A stretch of 64,000 bases of DNA from Octopus bimaculoides (Eukaryota). The notes under the pieces are model-generated. The model did no database searches and had not been told where the DNA came from. It worked only from the letters and a program-made list of their open reading frames with translations. Each line of letters starts with the position of its first letter. The stretch's first letter is position 1. The stretch covers positions 36,970,498 to 37,034,497 of the forward strand of contig NC_068994.1 of NCBI RefSeq assembly GCF_001194135.2, written 5' to 3'. Made by a program: the position numbers and the translations under genes. Below, one piece after another: positions 41,144 to 56,097 of the stretch.

Positions 41144-43749
41144 TATTTAACATATGTGTGGGTATGTGAATGATGACTGTGTTTAAAAATTCACTGTATT
41201 CTTTCACATTCTTTAAAATATAAAACATAGCTGTTTGCAAGACTTGCTAGCATGTACCATCCTTTTGTTGATTGTTATAGTTGCCTCCCTTCCAACCCTC
41301 TACAGCTGAAAGAAGAGAGAGAGGGGGGGGGGAGAGAAAATCACCAACATTAAGCTGATAGTCATTTTCAGTCAAGCAGACAGGAGCAATATGAATTAAA
41401 ATACATTGCTCAAGGACACATGACATTCAGCCATAGCATCATGATTGTGAGCCAACAACCTAACCATTAGGCTATGTGCCTTTACTTTTTAAACACTGTT
41501 TTATTATTTTTGCACTACCTCTAGTTACAACTAGTGGCACACCAATATGCTGTAGTACACCATTTAAAAATAACTTGTCTAGATCTTTGTATATTTTGGT
41601 TATCATTTTATTTATACATTTTCATTTTGGAAGGTGGGGAATAGGTAAAATTGTTCCAGTGTTGGAAATAAATGTTTTGTGCCATTTGTTTCAGCTTTTT
41701 ATTTCTAAGTTCAAATCCTGCTCGGGTCAGCTTTACCTTTCATTCTTTTGTGAGGGCAGGGTCAGTAAAATAAAGTATCAATCAAGTACCGAGATTGATG
41801 GCATTGACTAAGCTCAACCCACCAATTGCTAGCCTTATCTCAAATTTAGAAGGTATTTTATATATTTCTGTAGCATTTAACTTATTCATTGTGATTGACT
41901 GGATCAGCAAATTTGAAATCTAAAATTGAACTTATTGTGATTAAAATTCTGTTGTCTTGGTAACTATGTTTAGAATATATATTATATATACTTCACTTCT
42001 GCAAGAGCACTATAACTTATTATAGAAAGAAGAATATTAGAATCACCAAAACTAATGTAGGAGAAAGCTATAGAAATAACTGAATAAACACTGAAGTATT
42101 TTGATAAATTAAAACTAATTAGCTGTCTTTTTTCTTGGAAAGTCAATAAATTAGATTCCTTCAAAGAGTGAGAAAAAAAAAATAAACAAAAATAATAATA
42201 GAAGACATTTAACCTTATAACCAACAGAGCCTATAGTCTAACACAAAAATATGCAGTGACATTGGATATTTTTTTCCTGATCATTCATGTGTGTTTAATT
42301 CAGCCAACCGGAAAAGATAAGTATTATAGAAGGAAAGCAGCCTAAGTAGCTAGCGAGAAAGAATGAATCTGCTGGTGGATAGAGGTGGGTGTGTAAAATA
42401 ACACTTTGTGCATTACAAATGCATAATGAACACAGACCTAAGTAAGAAGAACTACCATATGGCATAAAACTGTTGAACGAATATGGTGCTGCAGTAGACA
42501 GACATATTCTCTAATTGAATTGAAATTGTGAATATTTTGAAGAAATGCCATAGAAATCGGCTGAGACATGTTGAGAAAACTAAGCAAGCTTATAAGTAGA
42601 TATGAAATAAAAATGAAAATATTTTGTCAGAATAAAAGATGATGGACAATTTTTTTTATATTAATAGTTGGTTTTGTTTTCTTGCAGATTTCAAGGTTTA
42701 TAACTAAGCATTTAACTGTACCCACACATGTGCAGACACACAGACATGCATGCATTCAAATGCATGTATGTGTGTGCATATATATATGTATATATATGTT
42801 TCTCTTTATAAATGTATATTTGTATATGACAGCTGATGAAGGAAATGTTCTCTATGTGGCCTGTGTGTTTTCTGTACTCTGTTTATCATTTTGTCCACGT
42901 TTTTTTGCAACGTACTGTACCCAGATATGCATCTATATATACATCTAGATGTAGGTATGTCCATACATGTACGTATATATGCATATACTCATTTATTATT
43001 TGTATATGTGTATGTATTTGTGTGTGTATCTGTGTGTTTGTGTTTTTGTGTGTGTGTGTGCGTGTGTGTGTGTGTTGTGTGTGTGTATGAATACACAGAC
43101 AGAAGTCAAAATTAAAAGCATGCACACATTGCCTGCTACTGTTTATACTAACAAGTCTTTGTGTAATGTATGTAGTATTCAGCAAGGAAAACTGGGTGAA
43201 GGATTAAGCCAAACAAAATCTATTAGATCTAAGCAATGAATTATGGCAAGATTAAAGAATTTAGAAGCATATTGTTGGAAAGTAATTTTGAAAACATACT
43301 GAGGGTTAGTATGAGATAAAGGTGTTAGTGTGGTGGAATAGAAGATTAGCTTTTAGTAATCTAAGGTAAACCACTCAACTTTAATTCTTAGACATATTTA
43401 CCATGCTTTACCTATATCACTAATTTCTGTGAGAAAGGCATGATCATTACAACTTCCAATTTCTTCTTTAAAATAGTCTAGTTTCACTTGAATAAACAGC
43501 TCACCTCCTTCAGTCACTAAGACAAACATAGAAAAAACAATAAGCAGATATGATTTGAGTTTGCATGAAACAGAAGTCAGATATATATAGGATTCAGCTG
43601 TAAAATTTATTTTTAATTAATGCAATTTCATTCTCATCATTAGTTAAACGTACTGCTTATATAGTAATCATCATTGCCATTACTATAGTCATCATTATTA
43701 TCATCATTATTTTTATCATTATTGTTTTCATAATCATTGTTATTGATAG

Positions 43750-44598
43750 GGTGGTGAAGCATGACCTTCGAACATTGGGCCTTACTGAGGCAATGACTAG
43801 TGACCGGGACCTTTGGAGATATGCTGTGCTTGAGAAAACCCGACAAGCCAAGTGAGACCATAGTCCATGGCCTATGCCAGTGGGTGTAACCAGCCCACTT
43901 ATGAACACCCCTCATTCATTGGACAATAAACCTTGCTTGTGAAGTCCTATTGAGCCGCTGACATGGCTGATGACAGTACTGCCTGATTAGCACTTGTGCC
44001 AGTAGAATGTTAAAAGCACATCCGAATGTGGGGTGTAACCGGCCCACTTATGAGTACCCTTCATTCATTGGACAATGAACTTTGCTCGCAAAGACCTATT
44101 GAAGCAAGTGTAAACAAATCAAAATTGCTGATGTGGCCAATGACAGTACCGCCTGATTGGCACTCATGCCAGTGGAACTTTGAAAGCACATCCAAGCATG
44201 ATCGCTACCAGGGCCATGGATTGGCTCCTGTGCCGGTGACACATGAAAAGCACCATTTGAGCATGATCGTCGCCAGTGTTGCCTTACTGGCACATGTGCT
44301 GGTGGCACGTGAAAAACAACATTTGAGCGTGGTTGTTGCCAGTGCCGATAGACTGGCTCCCATGCAGGTAGCATGTAAAAGCATCTTTTGAGCATGGTCG
44401 TTGCCAGAACCGCTTGACTGGCCCTCATACCAGGGGGCACGTAAAAGCACCCACTACACTCTCGGAGTAGTTGGCATTAGAAAGGGCATCCAGCTGCAGA
44501 AACTTTGCCAGATCAGACTGAGCCTGGGGCAGCCTCTGGCTCACCAGTCCTCAGTCAAACCGTCCAACCCATGCCAGCATGGAAAGCAGACGTTAAAC

Positions 44599-44628
<30 letters not shown>
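43750..44628 (+). mobile_element. Long copy of the (GAT)n-tailed element with internal tandem modules
   Basis: About 150-170-bp duplication (two GGGTGTAACC.GCCCACTTATGA starts), four or five ~55-60-bp CCAGTG..CTGGC..GTGAAAAGCA modules, then the shared 3' end and GAT tail. Confidence 0.75.
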
Positions 44629-44629
<1 letters not shown>

Positions 44630-44939
44630 GTTATTGTTATTGTCATCACTGTATTTTAAAAGGTATCTTTTTTAATTCTTTAATCAGGAAACAAATTAGT
44701 GCCCATGACTCTCTCTCATCATAGGTCCTTCAAGACTGGTAATAGGGATGGAGGGAAGGAGTAAGGCATCCTTGAATTGGAGACCTAGCCTGAATGGTTG
44801 CAACAGGGCAAACTCCATTAAAGATACCATACAAGATACCAGGAGGTGCTGTTAAAATGGTTATATTAGATTAACTCCCTTGCCTATCACTCCTTGGTTT
44901 TAAACACTCCCGGATAATGTTTTTGCCTACCAATTACTT

Positions 44940-45302
44940 TTGTAGTCAAGAAGCTCACTTTTTAACCATATGGTTTCTGGTTCAGTCCTAATGGATGACA
45001 CCTTGAACCAGTGTCTTCTGCAATAGCTCCAGGCCAACCAGTGTTTCGTGGGCGATGAAAGCTATGTGGAATCCCATCATATATATGTGTGTGTATGCAT
45101 TATGTCTCTTTGTGGTTGTGGTTGTGGTGGTTCTGCTGCCACTGCTTGAAAATCGATTTTGATTTGTTTATGTCCCAGTAATTTAATGTTTTGCCAACAA
45201 AGACCAATAGAATAAATGTTAGTATTGATTTGTTCACCTAAACATGTCACAGTAGTGCCCCAGCATGGCCACAGTCCAGTTACTGAAACAAGTAAAAGAT
45301 AA
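44940..45302 (+). mobile_element. Family A SINE (diverged)
   Basis: Head GGTTCAGTCC and tail CCCCAGCATGGCCACAGTCC..ACTGAAACAAGTAAAAGAT. Confidence 0.75.
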
Positions 45303-46390
45303 TCACAGTTGATCAATGGTTTTCAACTCACTATATTACCTAAATGAGAAATTGTTATATTCCTGTGTTATGTATCTCAGATTGTGTTAATTTACTTGTC
45401 AAAATAAAAATCATTCTGAGATGGTAGCAAAAACATTATTGGCATTGCAATTGTTGTTGAGCCCTAGATTATTCCTGATTTGACCAACTTCTTATTAAAA
45501 GTATTCCATTCTTTTTTCCTAATGAATATAGTACCCAGAAGAACATTATCCAGTTATACAATATTCCTTTTTTGTAATGGTCGTATAGTATCTATTTATG
45601 GTAATGTGGGCTGAACTTGTAAAAGTTGAACCAGAGACTCAGTGCATCACCAGTGATGAAACAAATTCTTATCCTTCAGGCCTGTTGTTCATCACTTCAT
45701 CGACACATCTGCCTTTAACTCAAAACAGATTTTATTTAATCTTTTTAATTAACCCAACTTAGACCACTCATATTAAAATGCATATATCACAAGATTTTAA
45801 TTGGGCAACATTAATGTAATATGTATTTGTGCTGGTGCCACATAAAAAGCACTCAGTACACCTTGTATAGTGGTTGATATTAGAAAGAACAACCAGCCAT
45901 AGAATATCATACTAAAGCATAGTTTCTGTTGCAGACGTTGGAGCTTGGCACAGTCTTCTAGCTCTCCAGCTTCTGTTGACCTGTCAAGCCCATGCCATTA
46001 TATTAAATAATTATGAAGGCATTATACCTTGCTTTCGACCCTCAACTCTTGTGGGAGCCATAGAAGTGCTGTCATGGCATATGATGCAGCTTGTGCATAT
46101 TTTGATCTGGTAGAGTTCATTCTCTCCTGGATTAACCTCACCTGATTTCTTCTGGAGACAGCAAAGGGGAATTTGAGAATCAACCCTAGCACAATATCTG
46201 TTGATCCTCAAATGGACAAAAGGTGAAGCTGATTTTGCTGTGGTTTGAACTCAGTGTGCAAGGATCTGGAACAACTATCACAATGCACATTATTTAATAC
46301 TTTAACGACTTTGCCAACTCCCTACTTTCTGCACTAATACGCAGACATACGCACACACACATGAATATTATCCACATATATATGTGTATG

Positions 46391-46437
<47 letters not shown>

Positions 46438-47584
46438 ATATATATATATATATATATTTATATAAAGTTAGGGATATTTTGGTGAATCACTCCAAACATG
46501 TTCATTTTACTGAATATAAAGTAGAAAACACAAGGGCATTAGGAATTCGAAATATAGTCACAAAAGAGTGTTAAAGAAGAGAAATGTGCAGTTATTAAGT
46601 ATAAATATTGCTAGTTCAGGGCATGGTAAAATGATTATTGAGCTGATTGTTGTAGTCTGGGATTTAATATTTAGAGCTAAATAGCTGAAGTCATTTATAA
46701 TATATCACCAATAACCAGTAGGAAGAGATTTCATTCTAAAAATATAGATTGTATTTTTGATCATTAGATTTAAAAAAAAACAGATAGCAAATAGTGAAAA
46801 GGGGGGAAAAAAAACAAATGAACAAAGCTAACTAGCTGCTTTGTGGGGGAAAAAAATGTTATTTCTTTTTTGAAAGCTAAATGTTTCTGTAACAAGTTTA
46901 TAAAGCAGACATGAATTGTTTGAAATTCTGAACTGAATTGTTGGAAATTGTGAGCTGAAAAATTTTTGCAAAGAGAGAACAGTTTGAGTTTTATGTTTGA
47001 GAGAAAATAGAGCTTGGCTCATGTTGAGTACAAGTAGAGTTATGTTTTTGACGGTGAAAGCAGATAAAAGTTGTCAGGATCTCATTAAACGAGATTGAAA
47101 TCATTGCTCACGAATATAGCATTGGAGCACATATCCATAATAAGGATGTAAGGAGAGAGGCGAATTGGGATTTTATGGCAAGAGTAGTGTTATGGGGAAT
47201 GGGTGGTCACGATGGTAAAAGAGTGAATGAGGTTATTAGTAGCTATCTTCCTGTGCACGCACAGCAAGCTGGGTAATTATCTTACAGGGTTGTAAAGCTA
47301 AAGAAAGTACACATGCAAATAACTGTTTGTAGTGTTTTTACTTTTCTTTTCTTTTCTTTGCTATTTCTATTTACAGTACTTTGAATGTGTAAAAATATTA
47401 ACAGAATCTGCCAACAATAAAATTGTCTTGTGACTAAGGTAGTTTTTTTTCCTTTTTTTCTTTGTATCATAAAAAAAGTGGAGGGAAACAAAAATATAAA
47501 CCGAAAAAAAAAAAGAAAATACAGCATGTAAATGAGAAAAAGAACAGTTTGCTGACTTGCCAAAGAAAAGTGATATGATGACAT

Positions 47585-47725
47585 TGAATGAAATAATGAT
47601 AACAATAACAACAACAGCAATAACAACAGCTACACTAATAATGATGGTGATGATGATGAAAATAATAAGAAGAAGAAGAAGAACAACAACAACAATAACA
47701 ACAACAATCACCATCATGATAATGG
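47585..47725. repeat. Compound trinucleotide repeat (AAT/AAC/GAT/AAG)
   Basis: Directly visible; similar blocks at 35520-35655, 43670-43745 and 55372-55412. Confidence 0.9.
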
Positions 47726-48442
47726 AGTGGAGTGGAGTGGTTAGTAAATAGAGTACTGAGGTCTTTGTGATTGGAGATATTGCTATGTTTCTGGAGAAAC
47801 AACATATAAAGTTTCCGTATCAGAACAAGCAGCAGCATTTCCAATCAGTAAACCATGTGTAAGTACAAAAATAATGATACACTTGTTCGAGTTCAGGGTG
47901 TGTTTCACACATGCATGCATACATATACACTCACATTTGCGCAATCATATATATAGATAAACAACAAACGCATAAACAAACAAAGAAGTAAATAAAGCAA
48001 CTAGAAAAATATAATAAAATACAGTTATCTCAAGTAAAGAATTTGTTGTGTTGTTTTTATGTTGCTTCGGAGTTTGTAATATATCTGAGTTGCAGAGGAA
48101 AGAAGAAAAGAAAAGAAAAAACATTTAAGAATATAACAAAAGAGAATTTGGAACCCCCTAATGTGAATTCTTCTTCAATACATAATAGGTAAACAATAGA
48201 AAATATGAAAACTGGTTGGAGCTGAAAAATTACCAAAAGAACTGATGAGGCAAAAATGATAGGATGGTGAGAGGAACAGTATAAGGAAAATATGTTGCAA
48301 AAACATAAAAGGAGGAATATAAAGAAGTCAGTAATTCTTCAGGAGCTTGCAAAAATAGAGAGTTGTCCTTTGGTGCACTGTTTGTTGGTGGGGGCAGAGT
48401 TAAGTCAACCAAATACTGCTGACTAAATACGGAAGAGAGAGA

Positions 48443-48564
48443 GAGAGACAGAGGAAGAGGGAGAGACAGACAGAGGAAGAGGGAGAGACAGACAGAGGAA
48501 GAGGGAGAGACAGACAGAGGAAGAGGGAGAGACAGACAGAGGAAGAGGGAGAGACAGACAGAGG
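48443..48564. repeat. 22-bp purine-rich minisatellite GAGAGACAGACAGAGGAAGAGG (4 full units plus partials)
   Basis: Directly visible tandem units starting at 48461, 48483, 48505 and 48527. Confidence 0.95.
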
Positions 48565-49080
48565 CCAATATCGATATTATTGTCTCTTTACATGTTTAAT
48601 ATTTACATCACCATAACAATAGCTAATGGAAGAAAATTATTTCCATTGGGTAGCCCTGCCCAGTTCTGCTTCAGCAAACCTAATGAGGATCTAGCAAAAT
48701 GCTGAACTGGTCATGGATAAGAACTAATCATGGAAGTCTATGTTGAGTGGTATATATAGCATCTTTTATATTATATGTTACCCCTTTATGGTGTTAGAAG
48801 AAAATGTCAGAGAAAATGGTATTTAAAGAATACTGATCATATAATGCATTCAGTTAGTGAGTGATTTTAACTATGGTCATCTTGTCAATATTTTGAGCTT
48901 ATTATTCTGAGATTTAAGACATACAATATGCCAGTACAATTTTAAAAGTTCATAGGACGTTTGAGCTCTTTGGATTCCACATAGATGATTCAAAAGTGGG
49001 AGACAATGAAAAAAACAGAAGTTGCAGTTATTACACACAAGTGCAAGCACACACACACACATACACATGCATACACACAT

Positions 49081-49116
<36 letters not shown>

Positions 49117-49176
49117 ATATATATAATGTTCTTTATGTACACAGCCTTGGTTTTTTACCTCATTACAAAAAGTAAA

Positions 49177-49216
<40 letters not shown>

Positions 49217-50039
49217 TACAAGATGCATGAATGACTTTCCTAAGAAGTTTGCTTTCCAGCCACATGATTTCAGATTTGACAATGTGTGTGTTTGTGTGTA
49301 TTTGGTGTAGGTAAAATAAACGTCAAAGATGCTTTGGTCCATACAGAAACTGCAGGATTTACTTAAAGATGTTGCAAACACTTCTGATGTTGACTGAAAT
49401 GTTGACTAAAACTATTGCTATTTTGGAAACACTTCTGTATTTTCAGCAGCTATCTCTGAGTCACAAGCGTTTCACCTTCTAAGCTTTACTGTTTCCTTGA
49501 ATGGGGTAGCAAGGTGTGAATTAGCCTTTACTGATAGTAAGCTTCTATCTGCTGTCTCTTATCAACCACAACAACCTTGATCTGGTCTCAGCTATCATGG
49601 TTATATTCTTGGTGGTTTTCTTCAGTTGCTTCCAATCTTCTGCAAGAAATAGCATACTGATATTGCTAAGAAACCATGGCAGCCAACTTCGTGGTTCATC
49701 AAAAGTGACCAACAGAACAAGTATCAGGTTTTAAAAAATATAATTACTAGGGTCAATACATTCAACTAAAGTTCTTCAAGGCTGTGCCCCAGCATGGCCA
49801 CAGTCTAATGACTGACACAAATAACATAAAAAATACTTTCATTTATTACATGTTCCTCAGGAAACTCTTTTGCATTGATTGTATAGCAAATTAAATTCTA
49901 AATTAAATCTCTATTGCAATTTGTGATAATTTTGCACCTTTTGCTAACTTCAAATCTGAAACAAGGAGAAAATATCAATTTGCAAAAAGTTGCACCCTGA
50001 ACCACATTTTCACCAGATGCTTTAGAATAGTGGGAGCTA

Positions 50040-50200
50040 TACAGCTGTGTACATCCATACATATCACATGACCAAACCAGCACAGTCTTCTCTCTTGCAA
50101 ACTGCATCAAATTCCTCTTATGCCCAACTCTTCCCTCAAAACTCTAACACTGTCACACATGTACACTGATGATGTACATCCAGCAGAGTACACTAGCTGT
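50040..50200 (-). mobile_element. RTE LINE fragment
   Basis: VLREELGIRGI*CSLQERRLCWFGHVICMD, the RRLRWFGHV motif of RTE ORF2. Confidence 0.8.
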
Positions 50201-51176
50201 AGAAATGTGTATATCTCTGTGTTCGTCCCCTCCACCATGACAATTAGTGCTTGTTGGTTTGTTTATGTCCCTTTAAATTAATGGTAGAATAAGTATCAAA
50301 CTTAAAAGTACTGGTGTCAGTTTGTTTGATTAAATCTTTGAAAGTAGCGCTCCAGTATGGCCGCAATCTAATGACTGAAACAAGTAAAAAATAAAGATAA
50401 AAAACAGAACAGCAAAGAAAATGGTAGAGTACCAAGTAAATGGTGGAGGACTAAGATAAACAGTAGTACATTTAGTAAATTGGAAACACAGCAGGAAAAT
50501 GGCAAAGTTTTCTGCAAAATAGCAAAAGGCTAAGAAAAAAAAATAGTTGAGCAACAACAAAAAAATTATAAAACACCAAGAACAAAAGCTGGAGCAATAA
50601 GAGAATATGGTGAAACAGTAAGGAAAGTGATGGAGATCTGCAAAAAACAACAACAAAAGGGAAAGAAATGCTGAAAATATAACAAAAATAAAAAAATGTC
50701 GAAGTAGGATTTTGCTTCTTCCCTTTTAGACTCAATATTCAAATGTTAATTTCCCCACTCAGTATTGACAGACTATGTACCAGTAATATATTGGGATTTT
50801 AGGAAGTATCACTTGATCATTCAGCCTATTAGAAATAGCAGCCAAATCTCCTTAAATTGCATTCTGTCATCTTAAAGAAAAGTAAAACATTAGGTTTTGG
50901 ATTAAGTGCTCTTACATATTTTGTCAAATAAAAGATGGGATAGGCCTGGTTGGAACACCTTTGATCATAGGTATGCCTGATCATTGCTATCCTGGGGCTA
51001 AATAAGATATAAGTACTACAAAAAAAAATATTGACCATACACCTTATCGAAATAAGTCTAAGTTGTTTTGTTTGATAAGTAAATAAATAATGTAAATGTG
51101 AAAAACTGTCTGAGCATGAGTGAATTCAGAAAATGATTGCTGTAATTGACTGCTTCAAATACAATATATGTGTGTG

Positions 51177-51228
<52 letters not shown>

Positions 51229-52339
51229 GTATATACATGTGTATGTATACATTATATGAATATATGTGTGTATACAAACATATATGTATTTACATGTATA
51301 TATATGTGTGTGTATGTGTTTGTGTGTATAATGAGTATATATATGCATGTATGTGTATGTATGTATAGTCTAATATATATATATATATATATATATACAT
51401 ACACACGCACACACATACACACACGCACACACACATACACTATTACAATATTCAAACATAAAGTACTTAGATCAAAGCACGAAAGTTTAAGCCTGATGGG
51501 GACAAGTGGCAATATACCATTCTGCAGGACTATACACTGAAGAAAAAGAACATGACTTTACTGCATTTGGCTGAATTGATAGATGATGTTGATACAGTAG
51601 TGGTGGTGTTGGGAAGAGAAGGCTTAAGGAAAAGCTAGTTATTGTGAAGATAATACAATGCAGTGTTTGGAATGATCTACTTCAAAAGCTTAATTCATAA
51701 TGCTGAATATATAGTATCTCAATGACATAAGAGGAACATTAAAATATGTTTAATATTTCTAGCCTTATATTCATCCTTCTAGATTTATAGAAAGCTTTAA
51801 TCTTCTTTCAGGAACTTTAAAGCTTCAGTCAACAGAGGAAGGACTTAGCTTTTGTCTTCCTTTTCCTTTTATAAAAGGAGCATACATCAGATAGTGACTG
51901 GGAAACTTCATCTGACAATTAGAGATTAGAACTTGTATTTTTTGGCTGCTTAGTTACCTTAGTGCTTAAATCACGCAACAAAGAAAGTAAGCATTTTTCA
52001 AGATATCATAGAAAAGAAATATAATAATCCAGGTAGTAGTATCAATTGTACACATTGTGCATAAGATTAGGTAAGAATGAGCAAATGATTTAGTTTTCTT
52101 ATATTCCTTTTTTGTTTGTTTGTTTTGTTTCCTGGAAGCCAGGTTTGATTAGTACAGCTAATATATACTTAGAAGATGTAGTAATTTAGAATCAGGGGAG
52201 GAAATAAAAGTAAATCACTTCTTAAGTGTTGCCATGTTATAGAAGAATGGTTAGATTTTCTCTTCAGTAAAGTATGTAAAGAAGGGGCTGGAATTCCTGT
52301 GGAAATAGATTCATATATCCCTCATAAGAGTTTGAATAG

Positions 52340-52854
52340 TGATGAAAGAAATGGTAGACAACTGAACAGCACTGGTAGACAACTTGGATCCCAGTAGTAG
52401 AATGATGCTATATTTCATCAACACTGCAGAAAGGGTGAAAGGCAAAGTCAATCTCAGCAAAATTTGAACTTTGACCACAAAAATATGCCATCTTGTTTCA
52501 CGCAATAATGATTCTACCAATCCACTGTCCTAGACATAGCCAAACAGTCCTTTCTACTGTAGTACAAGGCCTGAAATTTGAGGGGAGAGATTTAGTCGAT
52601 TACAACGACCCCAGTGCTCAACTGTTACTTTTTTTTTTATCAACCCCCAAAAGGATGATAAACAAAGTCAACTGTTGTGGAATTTGGAATCAGAATATAA
52701 AGCATTTTGCCCAGTGTGCTAATGATTCTGCCAGCTTGCCACCTTGCTACAACTAAATAATACAAGGCATTTTGTCAAACACTTTGTTTCTTCCAAATGC
52801 ATGCCTTTGGTAAAATAATACTGATTTCTAATGTAAATACAAGACTTTAAATTT

Positions 52855-52894
<40 letters not shown>

Positions 52895-53045
52895 AGTTGA
52901 TTGATCCAATCCCATTTCTTGCCTAGTGCTTATTTTATCAATCCTCAGAAAAATGAAAAACAAAGTCAAATTTGAACTTAGAATGTAAAGGGCCACGATT
53001 AAATGCTGTAAGGTATTGTGTTTTGTTTGATGCTCTAACAATTCT
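52340..53045 (-). mobile_element. Three co-oriented family B SINE remnants
   Basis: GAAAGG.TGAAAGGCAAAGTC..AATTTGAACT-type cores near 52430, 52650 and 52950. Confidence 0.6.
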
Positions 53046-55371
53046 GCTCTTTTGTAATATAATATGGAATATTATACAAAATTGTATGATATTCTATAGA
53101 AAGCATGGCACAGCATATTTATAAATGTAAATCTGAATTTACAAATACTTAAAATAAATTTTGGCTGCTAGCATGTTAAAATGGATGCCATTATGTTGAT
53201 GCTAGATAAATGATTACATTCTTGAGATTGACAAAGAAATGCTGTAGATTATTTGATAAATTATGAAAACAATTCTGCCCTTGACAATGTGCTTAGCTTC
53301 ACCTACTGTGAAATGCATTAAAAATTGCATCCAATCATATGACGTTTATTTTGTAGAGTTAATTAGAATTAGAATTTTAGTCAGCAATATTTACCTAAAC
53401 CATGCACAAATGGCAAAACATATCTGTTAAACCTCATAATTTTGAAGTTCAACTTTAGGATAGCTGCCACTTAAGGATTGCAATTTGAATAAATTTAAAA
53501 TGCTGCATATATAAAAGAGTGAGCCTTTTTATTCCATGATAGATCTATTGAAGAAAATGGTTTCCTAAAGTTTAAGAGCAATGTAGAACTTTAACTGCGT
53601 CCATATAAATTGAAGTAATGTTAACCTATCACACACCAAATGTAATAGCATTGGATTGATAAAATGATTCTCCTGAATTTTTGCATTTGCTTCCAAATAG
53701 TGTTTAGAAGCACGTGGTTACTTGACTGGTGACCACAGCTGCTGCTGCTGCAGTTTATTATTGCTTATAGAGTACGAGAGAAAGAGAGAGAGACTACAAC
53801 TATAAGATGACAGAGAAGGTGAGAAGTCTCCTTCAGGGGACAGAGCGGTTTCATGGTTTGTAACTTATCCCCTGTTTGTTCTTTTTTCCTTATCTTCTTG
53901 GGTCTTTTTCTTATGAATGGAAGACTGTATTGTGTTTCTATATTTCCATACAATCCATTTATTGAACTTTCCTATAGTTGTAGATTGCACTATTTCATCC
54001 TTATTCTGGGCTCATCAGTACAACATAACATGAGAACTTGAAATTAGTTAGACTATTTCATTTGAAAGGTAATATCAGGAAGCGCTTTCATTAGAATAAA
54101 AATCATAATAATGTCAATGACATGTTTTATTGTTTCTTTCTCTTCTGTCCATTTAATTCTAACTAAATAAATATGTATATGCAGACAAATCATAATCTAT
54201 TTGACTTGTGCTTGAAAAAAATTAATTTGAGTGAACAAAGTCAAGGAGAAAATAACATTATTAATGAGAAAAATCTCTTTATCACTTTTATCTGCTGTTG
54301 TTCTCCTAGTTCCTAGTGTGGTTTTAGATCAGAAATCATAGGCTGTAAAACAGAATTAGGACAGAGTAATAAATTTTGTTCATTGCTGGTAAAAAGTCGA
54401 ATTTGTCTGTTGGTGATATATCATGTAAAGTGCAATGAAATGGAAATTTTCATAGTTAGTCTTTGAAATCATGCATAACAATATATATATATAGGTAGTG
54501 AGTGAGTGTGTGTATGTGTACATACGTATGAATATGTACATATGTATGTATACATATTCATATATATGTATATATATTCATATATACATGCACATACATA
54601 CACATATTTATACACACACATGTGTATATGTATGCATTTTTTTTCTCTGTACAACAGGTCTTGCATATAGAATTCAACTGAGCATATCTTTTTCTTTCTC
54701 TGTAGTATCTTAAATAATCACAAAATTGTTTACTTAGCTTTTCCCAATTTTGTGTACTGCTTCTTGCATTAGTATAATTTTATTGTTCATTGAAAAGATC
54801 AAGAATAAAATGATTATAGGCCATTACTAAAGTTGATAATTGCTTATAGAAAAGAGTAGAAAGACATAAATTGAAACAATTTAGCTTGATAGAATAAAAC
54901 TAACTGGAAGAAAACTGGTTGAACAAAGATGATAAATTATTTGATATCATTTTATATTATGTTACCAAAGATAATATAATCTGCTTTAGTTTGAAAAACT
55001 TCTATGACTTTACAATATGTGAATTTCAACCTTGAATACAAAGTATTTCAACATTGATAAAACATTAGTCTGGAAGCCTTGAGTCGTGATACAAATTCAT
55101 CGATTATACTTGAGTTTTCAAGCTAGTTTCTATTTCTTCAAGTTTTCAATCTAGCTTCTGTTTTACTTTGACACTTCTCAAATATTATAACCAAAAATTA
55201 TTAAATATTCTGCAAATGAATTGTATATTCAAGCAATTTTTTAATTACATGTGTTAAAAGACTAGCCAAAACATTCTATGAAAAACTGAAGAAAACCTTT
55301 CCGAAGTTATCAACTGCCGAAACAAGATTTACTTACTATTCGCTGAAGCAAAGTATCTAAAGTCAAATATA

Positions 55372-55412
<41 letters not shown>

Positions 55413-55710
55413 TTCTTTCTAATTTTTAGCACAAAGACAGCAATATCAAAATATTAGGGGAGAGGCAAGCTGATTGCATGACCCCTAGTAATTGACTGAT
55501 ACTTTATTTATTAAACCTGGAAAGATGAAAGGCAAAATTAACCTTGGTGAGATTTCAGCTCAGAATGTAAAGCTCAAGAAGTGCTTCTAAAAACCTGAAT
55601 ACTACACTCTTTGATAACCTAAAATCCATAATTATACAATTTACTTGCTGTTTTCTCATAACAAACCCTTGTTCCTATCACTTCATGCAACATTTAAGAA
55701 TATTCAGGTA

Positions 55711-56097
55711 TCTTTTATCTTCTACTTGTTTCAGTCATTAGACTGTGGCCATGCTGGGGCACCACCTTGATGTTTTAGGTGAATGAATCGACCACCAGTG
55801 CTTTCATTTTTTTTAAGCCTGGTATTTATTCTATCAGTCTCTGTTGCTGAACCACTAAGTTATGGGGACGTAACTACACTAACACTGGTTGTCAAGCAGT
55901 GGACAAACACAGACACAAACTCACACACACACACGATGGGCTTCTTTTAGTTTCCAACTTTCAAATTCACTCACAAGGCCTTCATTGGCCCAAGATTATA
56001 GTAGAAGACACTTTCTCAAGATGCCATACAGAGGGACTGAACCTGGAACCATGTGGTTGGGAAGCAAGCTTCTTATGATGCAACCACACTTATGCCT
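55711..56097 (-). mobile_element. Family A SINE (diverged), source of the 231-bp duplicate
   Basis: Full reverse-complement copy: TACTTGTTTCAGTCATT..GGCCATGCTGGGGCACC..GGGACTGAACCTGGAACCATGTGGTTGGG. Confidence 0.88.

Noticed and set aside
43880-44450. Regularly spaced repeats resembling a CRISPR array (also the 22-bp array at 48443)
   Set aside because: Degenerate modules inside a eukaryotic retroelement or a simple minisatellite; no unique spacers and no cas genes.
50400-50700. Stack of four or five strong-looking minus-strand acceptors
   Set aside because: A by-product of a long purine-rich tract; no matching donor or coding frame found.
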